Shown: in pieces, positions 1 through 13,940 of the stretch | Position numbering within the stretch: the first letter of the stretch is position 1 | Layout of the letters: each line of letters opens with the position of its first letter | Origin: Ranitomeya imitator | Lineage: Eukaryota | Assembly: GCF_032444005.1 (NCBI RefSeq) | Contig: NC_091289.1 | Coordinates: 131,254,001-131,318,000, forward strand | Length of the DNA: 64,000 nt | Reading direction: 5' to 3' | The notes under the pieces: model-generated | Database searches by the model: none | Seen by the model: only the letters and a program-made list of their open reading frames with translations | Told to the model about the DNA's origin: nothing | Translations under genes and position numbers: made by a program

Positions 1-160
1 AAAGCCACGGAAGTTGGCACAAATTGCAGGAAGTAGTATTCTAGGCAATTAATCTCCGGACATTAGCTCCGGACATTAGCTCCGGACATTAGCTCCGGAC
101 AAAGCCACGGAAGTTGGCACAAATTGCAGGAAGTAGTATTCTAGGCAATTATATATTAGA
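1..160 (-). mobile_element. 5' end of a non-autonomous Helitron-like repeat (continues left of the window)
   Basis: The reverse complement starts TCTAATATATAATTGCCTAG, as does the element at 9187. It contains the same ATTAGCTCCGGAC 13-mer repeats; bases 1-50 are repeated at 101-150. Confidence 0.6.
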
Positions 161-794
161 AGTAGTATATCAAGGACATAAGGTATGGATAATAGGTTTA
201 GTATATAGGACAGGCAGAGGCGTAGCTAGTGGTTCAGCTCAGGGTGACGAAACACCTGAGTGGGCCCCTAACCCCTGATTATAACTACAGTGGCGCCCAA
301 TAATTGTGGGTATAGGGGAACCTCAGCAGATGACCCTGCTGTAACTGATAAAAAAAAATCTTCACAAAGACCATCACTTATATTACCGCCATATTGTGAC
401 TATATAGTGGTAGATACCAGTCCTCCAGAACATGTAATAGATTACAGTACAGTTATATATAGTGACTTACAGAGGACGTTTTTTCTGATAAAGTTACTCA
501 CTTTTCACATTTCTTCCATCATGCCCAGACCGACATTGCTATTTCTCCAGCCAGGACTCATCTGCAGAGATTACAGGACAGATATATTTCACGTCTCACA
601 TTTCCAGCACCATATCTATCTAGTCCCAACCGGTACAAACTCCTCATCCTGGTACCCCAATACTGAGCAGCTGCTGCTGTGTCCCTTACTGCACCTGCTG
701 TGTAGTACAAAAGCAATGCTCCTCATACTGCTTCTCATAGTAATGCCACCACTGAGCCCCTTACATCATAAAATGTCTAAAATGTCTCCTACAC

Positions 795-1200
795 TGTATA
801 TAGGCCCCTACACTGTATGATGGCCTGTCAACAGGGCCGGTGTTAGAGAAAGTGGGACCTTGGGCAAAAGTTTAAAGTGGGACCCCAAATGCTCACATAT
901 TCCACATCACACAAACATTTAGTCTGTATTTACAGGTGCATAGTTCAGGCCGCTAAACGAGCGTGATCGATGGCATTGAAGTTGTTAGACGCCTGTTCCC
1001 GAGTTTCTTTACACCGGCTGAGGAAGTATGATGGGGCATTGGGGACAGATAGTCCTCGATACAGTATAATGCAGCTCCCATACAGCACTCCGATGGTCCT
1101 TGATAGAGTATAATGCAGCGCCCCAGAATATACTGCAGCCCCCCTCATAAAGTATACTGCAACCCCCCCTCAGAGTATATTGCAACCCCCCTCATAGAAT
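795..1200 (+). repeat. Partial direct duplicate of 2161-~2570 (left end of the hAT-like element plus its flank)
   Basis: TGTATATAGGCCCCTACACTGTATGATGGCCTGTCAACAGGGCCGG at 795 and 2161 (offset 1366); near-identical ORFs at 945-1148 and the end of 2311-2649. Confidence 0.8.
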
Positions 1201-2868
1201 AATAAATACAGCCCAAGATTTAGAACATGAGACCAGAGCTCTCACACAAGCTCATCAACAAATGGAAGAGCTACTGGCAGAGAGATTTGGACACTCCAAA
1301 ACATGAACCGACATTCCCAAGAAAAGTGGAGTTCAAGTCCAGAATCATTAAAAAAAAGTATAAATTTTATTACAAAATAAATCACATACAAAAAAATATA
1401 ATAATAAGAATTAAATAAAAAATCAATAGGTTTTTGCTTTTTCAGCGAGGGAAACAAAGATAGCACAGAAAAACGATGTGAGCCCCTAATGATACTACAT
1501 GCAAATATCAGTAAAGTGCATAGTGCATATTGAGTAAAATATCAGGACAGGGTAATAGGTATAGATAGTGTATAAGTCCCATTATGGACCCGGAATCAAG
1601 TGTTCCAAAGTTTAGAAGTCCTCCCTAGCCTTGAATTCCTTACCCACTCTGCAGCATCAGAGGGGTCCACACCATATCCCCCACGCCGTTTCGTGTCGGC
1701 TTTGTCAGGGGGCGGTGATGCAAGATATGTGAGGCATGTTCTTATAGAACCCCCAATTATCCATCAAGTGCCACTGATTGCGACGCATGTTTTCCATCCA
1801 TCCAGCTGGTAGTTACATTGCTTCCGGCGTCCACCATGGCGCTGCGGTTCACAGCTTCGTCGAGATGATGTCACTGGACCGCACGTGTCACTTCCGGGCG
1901 CCATCCGCCATGCCCCAGATGCAGACAGCAGAGGACATGCGCACTGTGGTTTACTATCAGGTAACGCATGAAAAAATGTCCACCATGGGATATGTTTCAT
2001 TAGTGCCGAAGCACCATGTTAATCCACCAATCAGTCTATCTAGAAGGAAGTCAATAAAGTGCAATTGTGCTCATCACTATGGAAAATTTCAATCAGACAT
2101 CTCTAGAAAACCCACAGAAAACACCCATAGAATACCAAAGTGTAAGAAGTGAATTATTAATGTATATAGGCCCCTACACTGTATGATGGCCTGTCAACAG
2201 GGCCGGTTTTAGAGAAAGTGGGACCATGGGCAAATCTTTAAACTGGGACCCCAAATGCTCACATATTCCACATCACACAAACATTTAGGCTGTATTTACA
2301 GGTGCAGAGTTCAGGCCGCTAAACGAGCGTGATCGATGGCATTGAAGTTGTTAGATGCCTGTTCCCGAGTTTCTTTACACTGGCTGAGGAAGAATGATGG
2401 GGACAGATAGTCCTCGATACAGTATAATGCAGCTCCCATACAGCACTCCGATGGTCCTTGATAGAGTATAATGCAGCCCCCTTCATAAAGTATACTGCAA
2501 CCCCATTCAGAGTATACTGCAACCCCCCTCATAGTGTATACTGCCGCCCCCTCAGGGTATACTGCAGTCCCCCTCATAGAGAATACTGCAGCCCCATACA
2601 CAGAGTATACTGCAGCCCCACACACAGAGTATACTGCGGCCCCACACATACAGTATAATGCAGTCCCCCTCAGGGTATACTTCAGCCCCCTCTCATAGAG
2701 TATACTGCAGCTCCCCTCAGAATATACTGCAGCTTTTCACACACACAGTATAGTGCATCTCCTCCACACACATTAAAATGCAGCCCACCTCCACACACAG
2801 TAAAATGCAGTCCCTCTCCACACACATTATAGTGCAGCTCTCCTTCACACACAGTATAGTGCAGCTCC

Positions 2869-3691
2869 TGTTATGACCTGGTGGTAAGGACAATAATGGA
2901 CCTAGTGGGTAAGAGCACACGGAATGACCTAATAGTTACTAATAATATAGGACGAGCTCTGAGACGTGGGAACTCTGCTGACAGCAATCCCTAATCCTAT
3001 CACACACACTAGAAATAGCCGTGGATTGCTCCTAACGCTCCCTATGCAACTCGACACAGCCTAAGAAACTAGCTAGCCCTAGAGATAGAAAAATAAAGCC
3101 TACCTTGCCTCAGAGAAATTCCCCAAAGGAAAAGGCAGCCCCCCACATATAATGACTGTGAGTAAAGATGTAAATTACAAACACAGAGATGAAATAGATT
3201 TAGCACAGTGAGGCCCGACTTACTGAACAGACAGAGGATAGGAAAGGTAACTTTGCGGTCAGCATAAAACCCTACAAAAAGACCACGCAGAGGGCGCAAA
3301 AAGACCCTCCGCACCGACTCACGGTGCGGAGGCGCTCCCTCTGCGTCCCAGAGCTTCCAGCAAGCAAGACAAAAATCAAAATAGCAAGCTGGACAGAAAA
3401 ATAGCAAACCAGAGAAAAACAAGCAGTAACTTAGCTTCAGCTGGGAAGACAGGTCACAAGAACGATCCAGGAGAGAGCTAGACCAATACTGGAACATTGA
3501 CAGGTGGCCTGGAGCAATAATCTAAGTGGAGTTAAATAGAGCAGCCAGCTAACGAATTAACCTCGTCACCTGTAGAAGGAAACTCAGAAGCCGCAGCTCC
3601 ACTCACAACCACCAGAGGAAGCCCATGGACAGAACCAGCCGAAGTACCATTCATGACCACAGGAGGGAGCTTGACAACAGAATTCACAACA
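2869..3691 (-). mobile_element. Solo LTR related to the Gypsy LTR at 58912-59725
   Basis: TG..CA ends; the minus strand begins TGTTGTGAATTCTGTTGTCAAGCTCCCTCCTGTGGTCATG, nearly identical to 58912; AGCTCC flanks both sides (2863-2868, 3692-3697). Confidence 0.9.
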
Positions 3692-4300
3692 AGCTCCCCA
3701 ACACACAGTATAGTGCAGTTCCACTGCAACACACAGTACAGTGCAGCTCCCTCCCAGCACACAGTATATTGCAGCTCCCCTCCCAACACACCGTACAGTG
3801 AAGCTCCCTCCCAGCACACAGTATATTGCAGCTCCCCTCCCAAACCACAGTACAGTACAACTCCACCCAACACACAGTACAGTGCAACTCCACCCAACAC
3901 ACAGTACAGTGCAGCTCCACCCAACACACAGTACAGTGCAGCTCCCTCAACACATAGTACAGTGCAGCTCCCCAACACACAGTACAGTGAAGCTCCTCCA
4001 GCACAGTACAGTGCAGCTACCCCATCACACAGTGCAGTGCAGCTACCCCATCACACAGTAGAGTGAAGCTCCCCCAACACACAATACAGTGCAGCTCCCC
4101 CAACACACAGTACAATGCAGCTCCCCAACACACAGTACAGTGCAGCTCCCTCCCAACACACAGTACAGTGCAGCTCCCTCTCAACACACAGTATAGTGCA
4201 GACACGCACACACACACTATAATAATATAATGCAGCCCCCGCACTTTCACACAGTATAATGCAGCCCCTGCGCTCTCACACACACACACACACACACACA
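3692..4300. repeat. CACAGTACAGTGCAGCTCC-type minisatellite (also ~2480-2868, left of the solo LTR)
   Basis: Degenerate ~25-30-bp tandem units visible in the sequence. Confidence 0.9.
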
Positions 4301-7300
4301 ATAATGCACATTTTATCCACACACTCGCAAAATACTCACCCCTCCTCCTCTGCAGTCTCATCGGCTCCACTGCTGACACAGCGTGTCACACGATGAAGTG
4401 ATGTCATCGTGAGCCTGCTGAGTCACAAGCAGAGGGGGAGTGATGGGAGAGGGAGTGTCAGCAGACGCTCTCTGCTCTATCACTGCTTTCAACTGTATTT
4501 GATGTCTATCATGCCGATAAGTTGAATCAGCGTTGGGAGGGGCGGTGCTGGACCCCTCAGTAGCCATGTGGTGTGCCACTGGGGGCCCCTAGGCATCTAC
4601 TTGGTCTGCCTGCCACTAATGCCAGCCCTGCCTGTCAGTAGCCTTTAAACTGTATACTGGCCCTTGTATTAGCTCCAACATTTTATATTGACCCCTGAAT
4701 TACCTCCAGCGCTGTATGATGACCCTCCTATTAGCTCCCATGCTGTTTAATGACCCTCACATCACTTCACATGCTGTATAATGACCCCCACATTACCTAC
4801 CATGCTGTATAAGGATCCCGCATTAACTCCCATGTAGTATAATGACTCCTGCATAAGCTCACATGCTGTATAATGACCCCTGCATTACCTCCCATGCTGT
4901 ATAATGATGTCAGGCATTTATTTCTTTTTTTCACATCTTCATAAATTAAGTAGCACAGCATTTAAATTTGCAGGGGCCTTTGAATTTCAAAATCTCTAAT
5001 GGGAAACATTGCAGTTAGCGTGCCTATCAATGACCATGAGTAACTCTATGGAGTCTCGTTCGGGGAACGTTCTGAGAATGAGACTCCAAAGGGTTACTTG
5101 CGGCAAGCAGAAGTGAAAGAATTCCCGTGCCTGCCGCTGAACAGGAATGAACTATGGAGTCTTGTTCTGAGACCTATCTCAGAACGAGATTCCATAGGAT
5201 TCCATGGGCGTCATAGGAAATTTCTCTATTGGATTACCATCGGAACTTCTGGATTTTTTAAAATTAATAAATGGGTAAACGACCAAGTGTGGGGGAGTCT
5301 TTATTCAAATAAAGTAATTTTTCCTCTGTGTCTGTGTTTTTTTTAACTATTCACTTACCGGGTTAGTGATGGGGGTGTCTGACAGATGGCGCCTCATTAC
5401 TAACCTCGGGCTTGATGTCAGTGGACATTACACAGCTGACATCAAACCCAAAATATTACGCCACTTGCCAATGCATCATGGCAAGCAGGTAGATCCGGGC
5501 AAATCGCCAGAATTGGCAGATACAGTATAATGGATGCAGGCTGCTATTTTTAGGCACGAGAGGGCCAAATACCCATGGACCTTCCCAGCCTAAGAATACC
5601 AGCCCCCAGCTGTCTTCTTTGCCTTGGCTGGTTATCAAGAAATAGGGGGGACCATTTATTTATTTTTTATTACTAATAAACACATTAAAAATACTAATAA
5701 ATAAATGAAAAAAATTCAGATACCCCCTTTACAAAACCAGCGCTGCTGTGAACTGATGTAACATTACTGATGTCACCTCAGTTCACAGTGGCCGGGTCTC
5801 ATGAGGGAGTGCCAGAGTGTTGAGGGACAAAGTTGTGGTTGCTCATTAGTCTGGTACTCACAGGCTATTGGGTCTTTCCCAGCCTACAAATATTAGCCTG
5901 TAGCTGCCCCAAAAGTGGAGCATCATATTTGATAAGCCATTCTGGCACTTTTCCTCAGCTCTCCTCGATTGCCCTGGTGCATTAGCAATCAGGGTAATTG
6001 TTGTTTAGCAGTAAAGCTAAGCTGTGCATAGGCACCGGCTGATGAATACTCTCATCAGTGTCCCCTGCTCTTGCTGCTATATGTTAGAGCAGGCGATGCT
6101 GATAACAGAAGTAATCATCAGCTGAAGCCTGAACAGCAGTAACATTGTCACCACTGGTCACAGCCGCTGGCTCACATGCTGTCATTTGTGTGACAGCAAG
6201 GGAACTGCGATACCTAGTGGCTGTCACTGGAATTGACTTCTGTAAGGTTACCGCCGGTTAAAGTCACTGTTTCCCATGCTGTCACACAGAGGAAAGCATG
6301 GGAACATTCACTTGAATGGGGTTTGGGCTCGGCATCACGTTCGGGTACCGTTTTGGTACCCAAACCAAACTTTTCTACAAAGACCCAAACATCCATGGGT
6401 CCGTCCATCCCTAATTGCAGCCATATAAATACATTAAGGGTATTAGTTTAATGGGGAACATAACTCATTTTGTTACAGTGCACAACACAATGCAGATTTG
6501 CTCATTGAAATATCTTAGCTTTTGGATACGCCCCCAACATCATTTTTTCAGATGAGTACCAACCACTCTAGTTTGACACTGCATTCAAATCTATGTAATG
6601 TTCTCCTGCTGGCATGTCAACAACCTTGTTCGGCACAAATCCTTTGTCTGGGTATGTGGATGTGTAAATTGGAAACAGTGAAGTAGCAGAAAATCATGTG
6701 CTTTTAGCAGCTTTTACTGTAGTCTGCATTTACTCTCCGTGAGAACTACAGAATAAACAAACCTATATAGTACCACGGCCTAAACTGTGACACTAGTCAC
6801 TACTCAATGTGATGATAGTCACTACTCATGAACATTCTGTAGGGCAGAATAGTCAAGAGGTCCTGGGTCAAAATCAACAGTGCTCGTAATAAGCAGAGGC
6901 ATGAGACAAAGTGTAGTCAGGTAACAGTCCAAGGTCAGAGAATCAGGAAGGGGTAAGTATGACCAATTGTCAAAAAAGTAAATCCCTGGTTGGCAAAGGA
7001 GATCAGAGTACAACTCAGAGTACAGAACAAGCATACACACATCACTTGAGTAAAGCTACAATTGGTAAGGTCTGACAATTAACACAGTTCTAAATAGCCA
7101 TGTAATTACCCAGAATAGATGACACCTTCATAAAATCCCACAGACACAGCCAGATAGGACAGTTTAGCTGTCAATCACAATATTAACACCTCTGCCTCAG
7201 TTTGGGAGGTAGAGATGTCACTCACAATACTGACAGCTTAGCCAGCCGTTGAATCCAAAGAATAGTAGAGATGTCAGCCACAGCGTCCCTAGGACAGTGT

Positions 7301-7620
7301 GAGTGGTGGAATCATGACATAAGCAATAGAAAACAAGCTTACTATTGTTTACAGATACAAAAATGCAGTCACCACTGGAAAAGAGGTTAATTAGAGTCCA
7401 ACATGTTGGGTCTGATTCAAAACTTTTATATCAGAAAAATAGCTTTGAAAGGGACTTTGAAAAGCTTTGAGTAGTTGAAATTTTTTTTCCAGAATGTGTA
7501 GTTGTGCAACAAAATTGCAACTTTTGTTGTTTTCATAATAGTTTGAATCAACTCCACAGAAATGGGCAGAGCTGGGGAAGAGCCGAGGTGGGATGGCCAA
7601 AATATAAACTAATACCTCAC

Positions 7621-7682
<62 letters not shown>
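7621..7682. repeat. (TA)n microsatellite
   Basis: Direct reading. Confidence 0.97.
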
Positions 7683-7690
<8 letters not shown>

Positions 7691-9186
7691 TTTTTGCACT
7701 TTTTTTCGGGGTGCAGTTGGGCCCATTTTTGTCTTGTAAACTGTGGTGTCTGTTCACATGGGGTGCATTTGGATAGCGCTGGGCAGGCCCGCCTGATCTA
7801 ATAGAAGGGTGTCACTACTAGGCTGTTAACCTGCATGCTGTGCATCTCCATTGTGTGAACAGTGCCACATACAAGTCTTTTATGTGCAGTAATATGCCAA
7901 GCTGCCACCCCCTCCATTAGTTTGGTAGGTTGTGAATGGTTGCCTCATTGGTAATTCTGCACCTGTGTTGCCACCATCTTAACCACATGGGTCCACTGCA
8001 TCCTGATAGTGCATTTGTTTGGAGGCCTAGGCAGGTAAGCATCTCTGCCTTTCTGCTATTTTTTCTGAATTTTTGGAGGATCCCTGAATCCTCTTTTTGT
8101 GCGTTTGCTGTTTAGTGATAGTAGGAATGCAAGCCCCGGACTGGGATCATTACAGCAGGGCGTTACTCCTAGCAACCAGGAAAATGACTGCTGTATGAAG
8201 GAGTTAAATAGGAGTGCAGCAAAGACCAGACAGATGTTGGTGGTAGGGGACTCTATAATTAGGAGGACAGACAGGGTCATCTGCCGCCGATACGGTGAAT
8301 GCCGAACTATGTGTTGTCTGTGGGTGCTTGGGTTCGACATATTGGTGATCGGATAGACAGATTGCTGGGTGGGGCTGGGTAAAACCCAGCGGTCATGGTA
8401 CACATTGGTACCAATGGCAAATTTAGAGGGAGGTGGAAGGTCCTTAAGAATGATTACAGGGAACTAGGAGAGAAGCTGAAGGACAGGACCTCCAAGGTGT
8501 TGTTTTCAGAAATACTGTCAGTGCCACGAGCGTCACTAGATAAGCAGTGGTTGGTTAGGGAGATAGGTAAGTAGCTTAGAAATTGGTGCAGGAAGAAAGA
8601 GTTTGGGTTCCTGGACAACTTCTTTGTCGGTTGCAGGCTCCACGGTATGGACGGGCTGCACCTCAATGGGGAGGGTGTAGCATTGCTTGGGGAAAAAGTG
8701 GTAAGATGGCTGGAGGAGCTTTTAAACTAGGATCTGGGGGAAGTGAGGATGGTTGTGTTAATAAGGGGATAGATAGAGTAGACCGAGAGAGTGAGACATT
8801 AGGCGTTAATGAGGATTTAGGGGGCTGGGATATGAAAGTAAAGCAGGGAGCTGAATAGGAGTAACAAATGTGCTAATAATATGAAATGTCTTCTGGCAAA
8901 TGCAAGAAGTCTAGCAAGCAAAATGGATGAACAGGAGACTCTTGTGACGGTCACAGAATACGATGTGGTGGGCATTACGGAAACCAGGCTTGATGAGAGC
9001 CATGACTGGGTAACAAACATAGAGTGTTACTCTACATTTAGAAAGGACAGGAAAGATAAAAAAGGTGACGGTGTGTGTATCTTCGTAAAATCCACATTAA
9101 AACCTGTGCTCAAAGAAGACATTGGGGGGAGTCAATCTAGAGTCACTATGGGTAAATGTACATGGGGATGGCAATATTGTAGATAA

Positions 9187-9854
9187 TCTAATATATAATT
9201 GCCTAGAATACTACTTCCTGCAATTTGTGCCAACTTCCTGTCCGGAGCTAATGTCCGGAGCTAATGTCCGGAGATAAGTGACGTCAACAGTGTCGAGTGT
9301 CTGATTGGTTGCCGCCTGCTGCGAGCGACCAATCAGAAACGTGCCGTACTGTGACACACTCCGCCCACCATTTTGGTGTGATTTTTGAATTTTTACCTCA
9401 CAGCAAGTTTCTACTGCGTGGAGGCGGGCCCAGTGACGTTGCTCTTCAAGCTCCTGCCGAATTTCGTCAAAAAAATGATAATACCATTTACCAAAACTAT
9501 ATATATTTAGTTGTGAAGTGGTTCAGTGACATTTTCACACCAATTTTGAACTTTTGTTTGGTGTTTTCTCCATATACTGCCTATTATTCACTGACTGTTA
9601 TACTGAGAGACTGCCGTTTATTAACCTCTTCTTTGCCACATTGGGTATATTGCTCTATTATTTGCCACATAAGGACATTGTCCATTATTGCCCAGCAATT
9701 TCTTAAATAACAAGAATTGTCAAGAGCTGGTAAGTGCAGCCATTTTTTGTTCTTTCTTACTATTATTTATTAATTGTATTATTCTTACATTTGAATAAAT
9801 AAAGTATATATGGATTCTAGACTCCTGATTCTTTAGAATCGGGCTGCCATCTAG
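9187..9854 (+). mobile_element. Complete non-autonomous Helitron-like element
   Basis: Starts TC and ends CTAG, inserted between A and T with no TSD; subterminal hairpin CCTGATTCT-TT-AGAATCGGG; removing it rejoins a CR1 reading frame (DNKIITDNQ). Confidence 0.8.
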
Positions 9855-10018
9855 TAAAATAATAACGGACAACCAGCTTGGATTCATGTAGAATAAGTCG
9901 TGTCTAGCTAACATTTTGAGTTTCTATGAGGAGGTGAGTGCAAGTCTGGATGTAGGTAATGCAGCTGATGTGATTTATCTGCACTTTGCAAAGTAATTTC
10001 ATAAACTTCCACATAATA

Positions 10019-10459
10019 TACATGCATATTAGTGCATAAATAACCCTTGTGTCACAGGTCACACTCCGTATCACAATACACCAAACCTAACCTACCTTCA
10101 CACACAACGCAAGGAAAAAAGGAGTGCTTCTTACAAATTAATTTTATTTAACATACAAATTCAAAAAATTGATAAAAATTGATAAAAAGAAGCCTCATAT
10201 CCAGCAAAAAGACTAGGCAAAAAGCAACTACCAGTGGTCACAGGAAATTTCTTGCCCCAAATACACCTAGAGCATTCAACACATAATACTGTATATATAC
10301 AAATGTATATTTAAATATACATCCAGTTTTTCTTACCATACCCCCCCCCCCAGAAGAAGAATCGGTGAAACGTGCGTTGGGGTGGGAGACACAGCAAATC
10401 CCTGGCTTACCACTGAGGTAAAATGACTATTTTTGTATTTGTATGTTAAATAAAATTAG
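10019..10459. mobile_element. About 440-bp non-coding insertion with a 12-bp target duplication inside the CR1 RT
   Basis: TTCCACATAATA at 10007-10018 and 10460-10471; CR1 coding sequence resumes after the second copy. Confidence 0.65.
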
Positions 10460-11082
10460 TTCCACATAATAACCTTATACTGAAGCTACAGAAGCAAGGA
10501 CTGAGGGAAACTATATGCAGATGGGTAAGGAATTGGCTAAATGACTGGACACAAAGAGATAAATGGTACATTCTCTAAATGTTATATAGTCAGCAGTGGT
10601 GTACCACATGGACCTGTGTTAGGACCGATTCTTTTTAACCTCTTTATTAATGACCTTGTGGATGGGATTGAGAGTAAAGTGTCAGTCTTTGCTGATGTGG
10701 GATGTTAAAATATGACCTTGACATAACAATATTGCAAAACGATCTGAATAAGATGACTGAATAGGCAGACATTTGGCAAATAAGATTTAACCCCTTTACC
10801 CTCGAAGGTGGTTTGCACGTTAATGACCAGGCAAATTTTTACAATTCTGACCACTGTCACTTTATGAGGTAATAATTTTGGAACGCTTCAACAGATCCCA
10901 GTGATTCTGAGAATGTTTTTTTCGTGACATGTTGCACTTCATGATAGTGGTAAAATTTCTTTGATATGACTTCCGGTTATTTGTGGAAAAAACGGAAATT
11001 TGGAAAACATTTAGAAAATTTCTCAATTTTCCAACTTTTGTTTCCAATTTTCATGCGCTTAAATGTCGCACAAAATACTTAA

Positions 11083-12273
11083 CCCCTTTCCGACATCGGG
11101 TGTATATTTACGCTGATGTCGGACTCCCTCCCTTTGATGTGGACTCCGGTGGTGAGCCCACATCCTTTCCGAGACATGTCCGCTGTTTTGAACAGCTGTT
11201 ATGCCCGCAACAGCCATAGGTAGAATCCACTTGCGGCTATTAACCCATTATATGCTGCTATCAATCGCTGACAGAGGCATTTAACAAGCGCCTCCGGAAA
11301 TTGTGCCAGAAATCCACCCATCGGTGATCCCCGTGATAGCGGGTCACCGGTGGGTTGGCATGTCAACCAGAAGTCTCCTGGAGACCTCTATGGTTGTCAC
11401 TGCCGGCTTGCTGTGAGCGCCGCCCAGTGGTCGGTGCTCATAGCAAGTGAGTAATTCAGCTTCATATAGGCGATCTGTTCATCGCCTGCATGTAGCTGAG
11501 CCGATCTGGTTTGGCAGCTGAAAATATAAAAAAAAATAAAAGTTCAAATCACCACTTTTCGTCCCATTTAATATAAAACAATAAAAAAAAAATCAAAAAT
11601 ACACATATTTGTATCGCTGCATTCAGAATCACCCGATCTATCAATATAAAAAAAAGATTAACCTGATTGCTAAATGGCAAAGCGAGAAAAAAAGTCAAAA
11701 CAACAGAATTACTTTTATTGGTCGCTGCAACATTGCAATAAAATGCAATAACGGGCGATGAAAAGATCGTATCTGCACCAAAATGGTATCATTACAAACA
11801 TTAGCTCGGCATTCAAAAAGTAAGCCCTCACCCAACCTGAGATCCTGAAAAATGGAGATGCTACAGGTATCGGAAAATGACGCAGTTTTTTTTAAACAAA
11901 GTTTGGATTTTTTTTTTCACTTCTTAGATAAAACCTATACATGTTTGATGCCTATGAATTCGTAATTACCTGAAGAATCATAATGGCAGGTTAGTTTTAG
12001 CATTTAGTGCACCTAGCAAAAAACAAAACAAAACAAAAAAGAGTGTGGGATTGCATTTTATTTTGCAATTTCACCGCACTTGGAATCTTTTTCCCATTTT
12101 CTAGTACATAACATGGTAAAACCAATGGTGTTATTCAAAAATACAACTCATCCTGCAAAAAACAAGCTATCATACTGCCATATTTACAGAAAAACAAAAA
12201 AGTTATGGCTCTGGGAAGAAGGGGAGCGAAAAACAAAAACGCAAAAAGGAAAATACCTCCGGGGGTTAAAAGG
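11083..12273. mobile_element. piggyBac-like non-autonomous element nested in the previous one
   Basis: TTAA|CCCCTTTCCGACATC on the left and ..AAAAGG|TTAG on the right; imperfect TSD. Confidence 0.55.
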
Positions 12274-13430
12274 TTAGTAAGCAACATTTCCCACATGTCT
12301 AATTTACACCAGCACAATTTTTGAAACATATTTTTCTTGTTAGGACGTTATAAGGGTTAAAAGTTGACCAATGATTTCTCATTTTTCCAACAAAATTTAC
12401 AAAACCATATTTTTTAGGGACCACCTCACATTTGAAGTGAGTGTGGGGGGTGAATGTGACAGAAAATACCCAAAAGTGACACCCTTCTAAAAACTGCATC
12501 CATCAGAGTATGTTTCCATGGTCAGGAAATGCTGCAGATTGGATGCTATGTACAGCTGCAGCGTCCAATCCGCAGCGGCCAGATGTTACAGCATTGTGGA
12601 GACCTGCATATACTCACATGCACCCATAAGGTAGGCGGGCTCTTATCACTTCAGAAATGCCAAACGTGTCCGCAATATATGGTTTAGGAACACTGTGCGG
12701 CTCATAAGAGATGGGGCATTTGGATTTGAGAGTGGAGAATTTGGTGAATTTCTTTTGTTGGATGAGGAGCCATTTTGTTTTTCCAGAACCTTTGTGCTAC
12801 CAGTAACGTAGAAGCCCCCTATATTTTCATTAACAGATGACAGACCTGAGTGAAGGCTTGTTTTTTTTGTGGATTGAGTTGAAATTTTTATTGGGAGCAT
12901 TTTACATATCATTTGTGATCACATTTATCCAGCACTCTACGCTGAGCACTTACTTTGGGGTTTCCATCTAAATCTCTGAGTGCTGAGTGACGTGATTCAG
13001 CTGAAACCCCCGAGGGATCCATTCATTATAATAAGGCAATAGACTTACTCTGGACTTCGTCTGGCCTCTGTTCAGTGGTGTCGTTCTTTTCAAAAGTGGA
13101 AAAAACTGTCCGACAGCACTTTTATGCAATCCTAAAAAGAGTAGACACCGCCGGATCACAGGTCAGACAGAATCCACGGTGCCTCCATCTGCCTCATTAT
13201 AGGGAATCTTCTGCCAGAGGTTCCATCTGAATCACGTATTTCAGAGTTTCACACGGAAACCCCGGGGCAAGAGCTCAGCACAGAGCGCAGGATAAATATG
13301 CGCCAAGCCTTACTGCGATCTTTGGGAGGCAGAATGAAAACATCAACAGCAGGTGAAGAACTGGTTTTGTTTATTTTTTACGCCGTTCCTCATGTGATAT
13401 AAGTAATTACCCTTACCCTAACCTAATAAC

Positions 13431-13940
13431 CCTAACCATGACGTACAAAGCCATCCAGAACCTGTCTCCTCCATACATCGGTGACCTCGTCTCCCGGTAC
13501 TTACCTAAATGCAACCTCTGATCCTCACAAGATCTCCTTCTCTACTCCCCTCTTATCTCCTCTTCCCACAATCGTATACAAGATTTATCTCGCGTATCAC
13601 CCCTACCCTGGAACCCTCTACCACAGCACATCAGACTCTTGCCTAACATCGAAACCTTCATAAAGAGCCTGAAGACCCACCTCTTCCGACAAGCCTACAA
13701 CCTGCAGTAACCACCGATCGACCAAACCGCTGCATGACCAGCTCCATCCTCGCCTACTGTATTCTCACCCATCCCTTGTAGATTGTGAGCATTCGCGGGC
13801 AGGGTCCTCTCTCTTCCTGTACCAGTTATGACTTGTATTGTTTAAGATTATTGTACTTGTTTTTATTATGTATATCCCTCCTTACATGTAACGAGCCATG
13901 GAATAAATGGCGCTATAACAATAAATAATAATAATAAATA
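13431..13940 (+). mobile_element. L2-clade LINE 3' fragment
   Basis: Encodes TYKAIQNLSPPYI..LKTHLFRQAYNL*, homologous to the C-terminus of ORF 53702-54613; ends in GCGCTAT..AATAAATAATAATAAT. Confidence 0.8.

Larger units (their letters stand above)
2198..4630. mobile_element. Non-autonomous hAT-type element filled with minisatellite and carrying a solo LTR
   Basis: Termini CAGGGCCGGTTTTAG and CTAATGCCAGCCCTG are imperfect inverted repeats; 8-bp flanks CCTGTCAA (2190-2197) and CCTGTCAG (4631-4638) match 7/8. Confidence 0.7.

Noticed and set aside
1678-1712. Minus-strand hammerhead-like string CCCCCTGACAAAGCCGACACGAAACGGCGTGGGGG
   Set aside because: G8 is lost without compensation, helix II is minimal and the cleavage triplet ends in G; at most a decayed PLE remnant.
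3532-4379. Several ORFs on both strands with repetitive peptides
   Set aside because: Translations of minisatellite and LTR sequence; the same applies to 2311-2920, 22388-22964 and 58369-58950.
6808-7319. TG..CA-bounded segment resembling a solo LTR (similar case at 25026-25554)
   Set aside because: No matching TSD and no second copy in the window.
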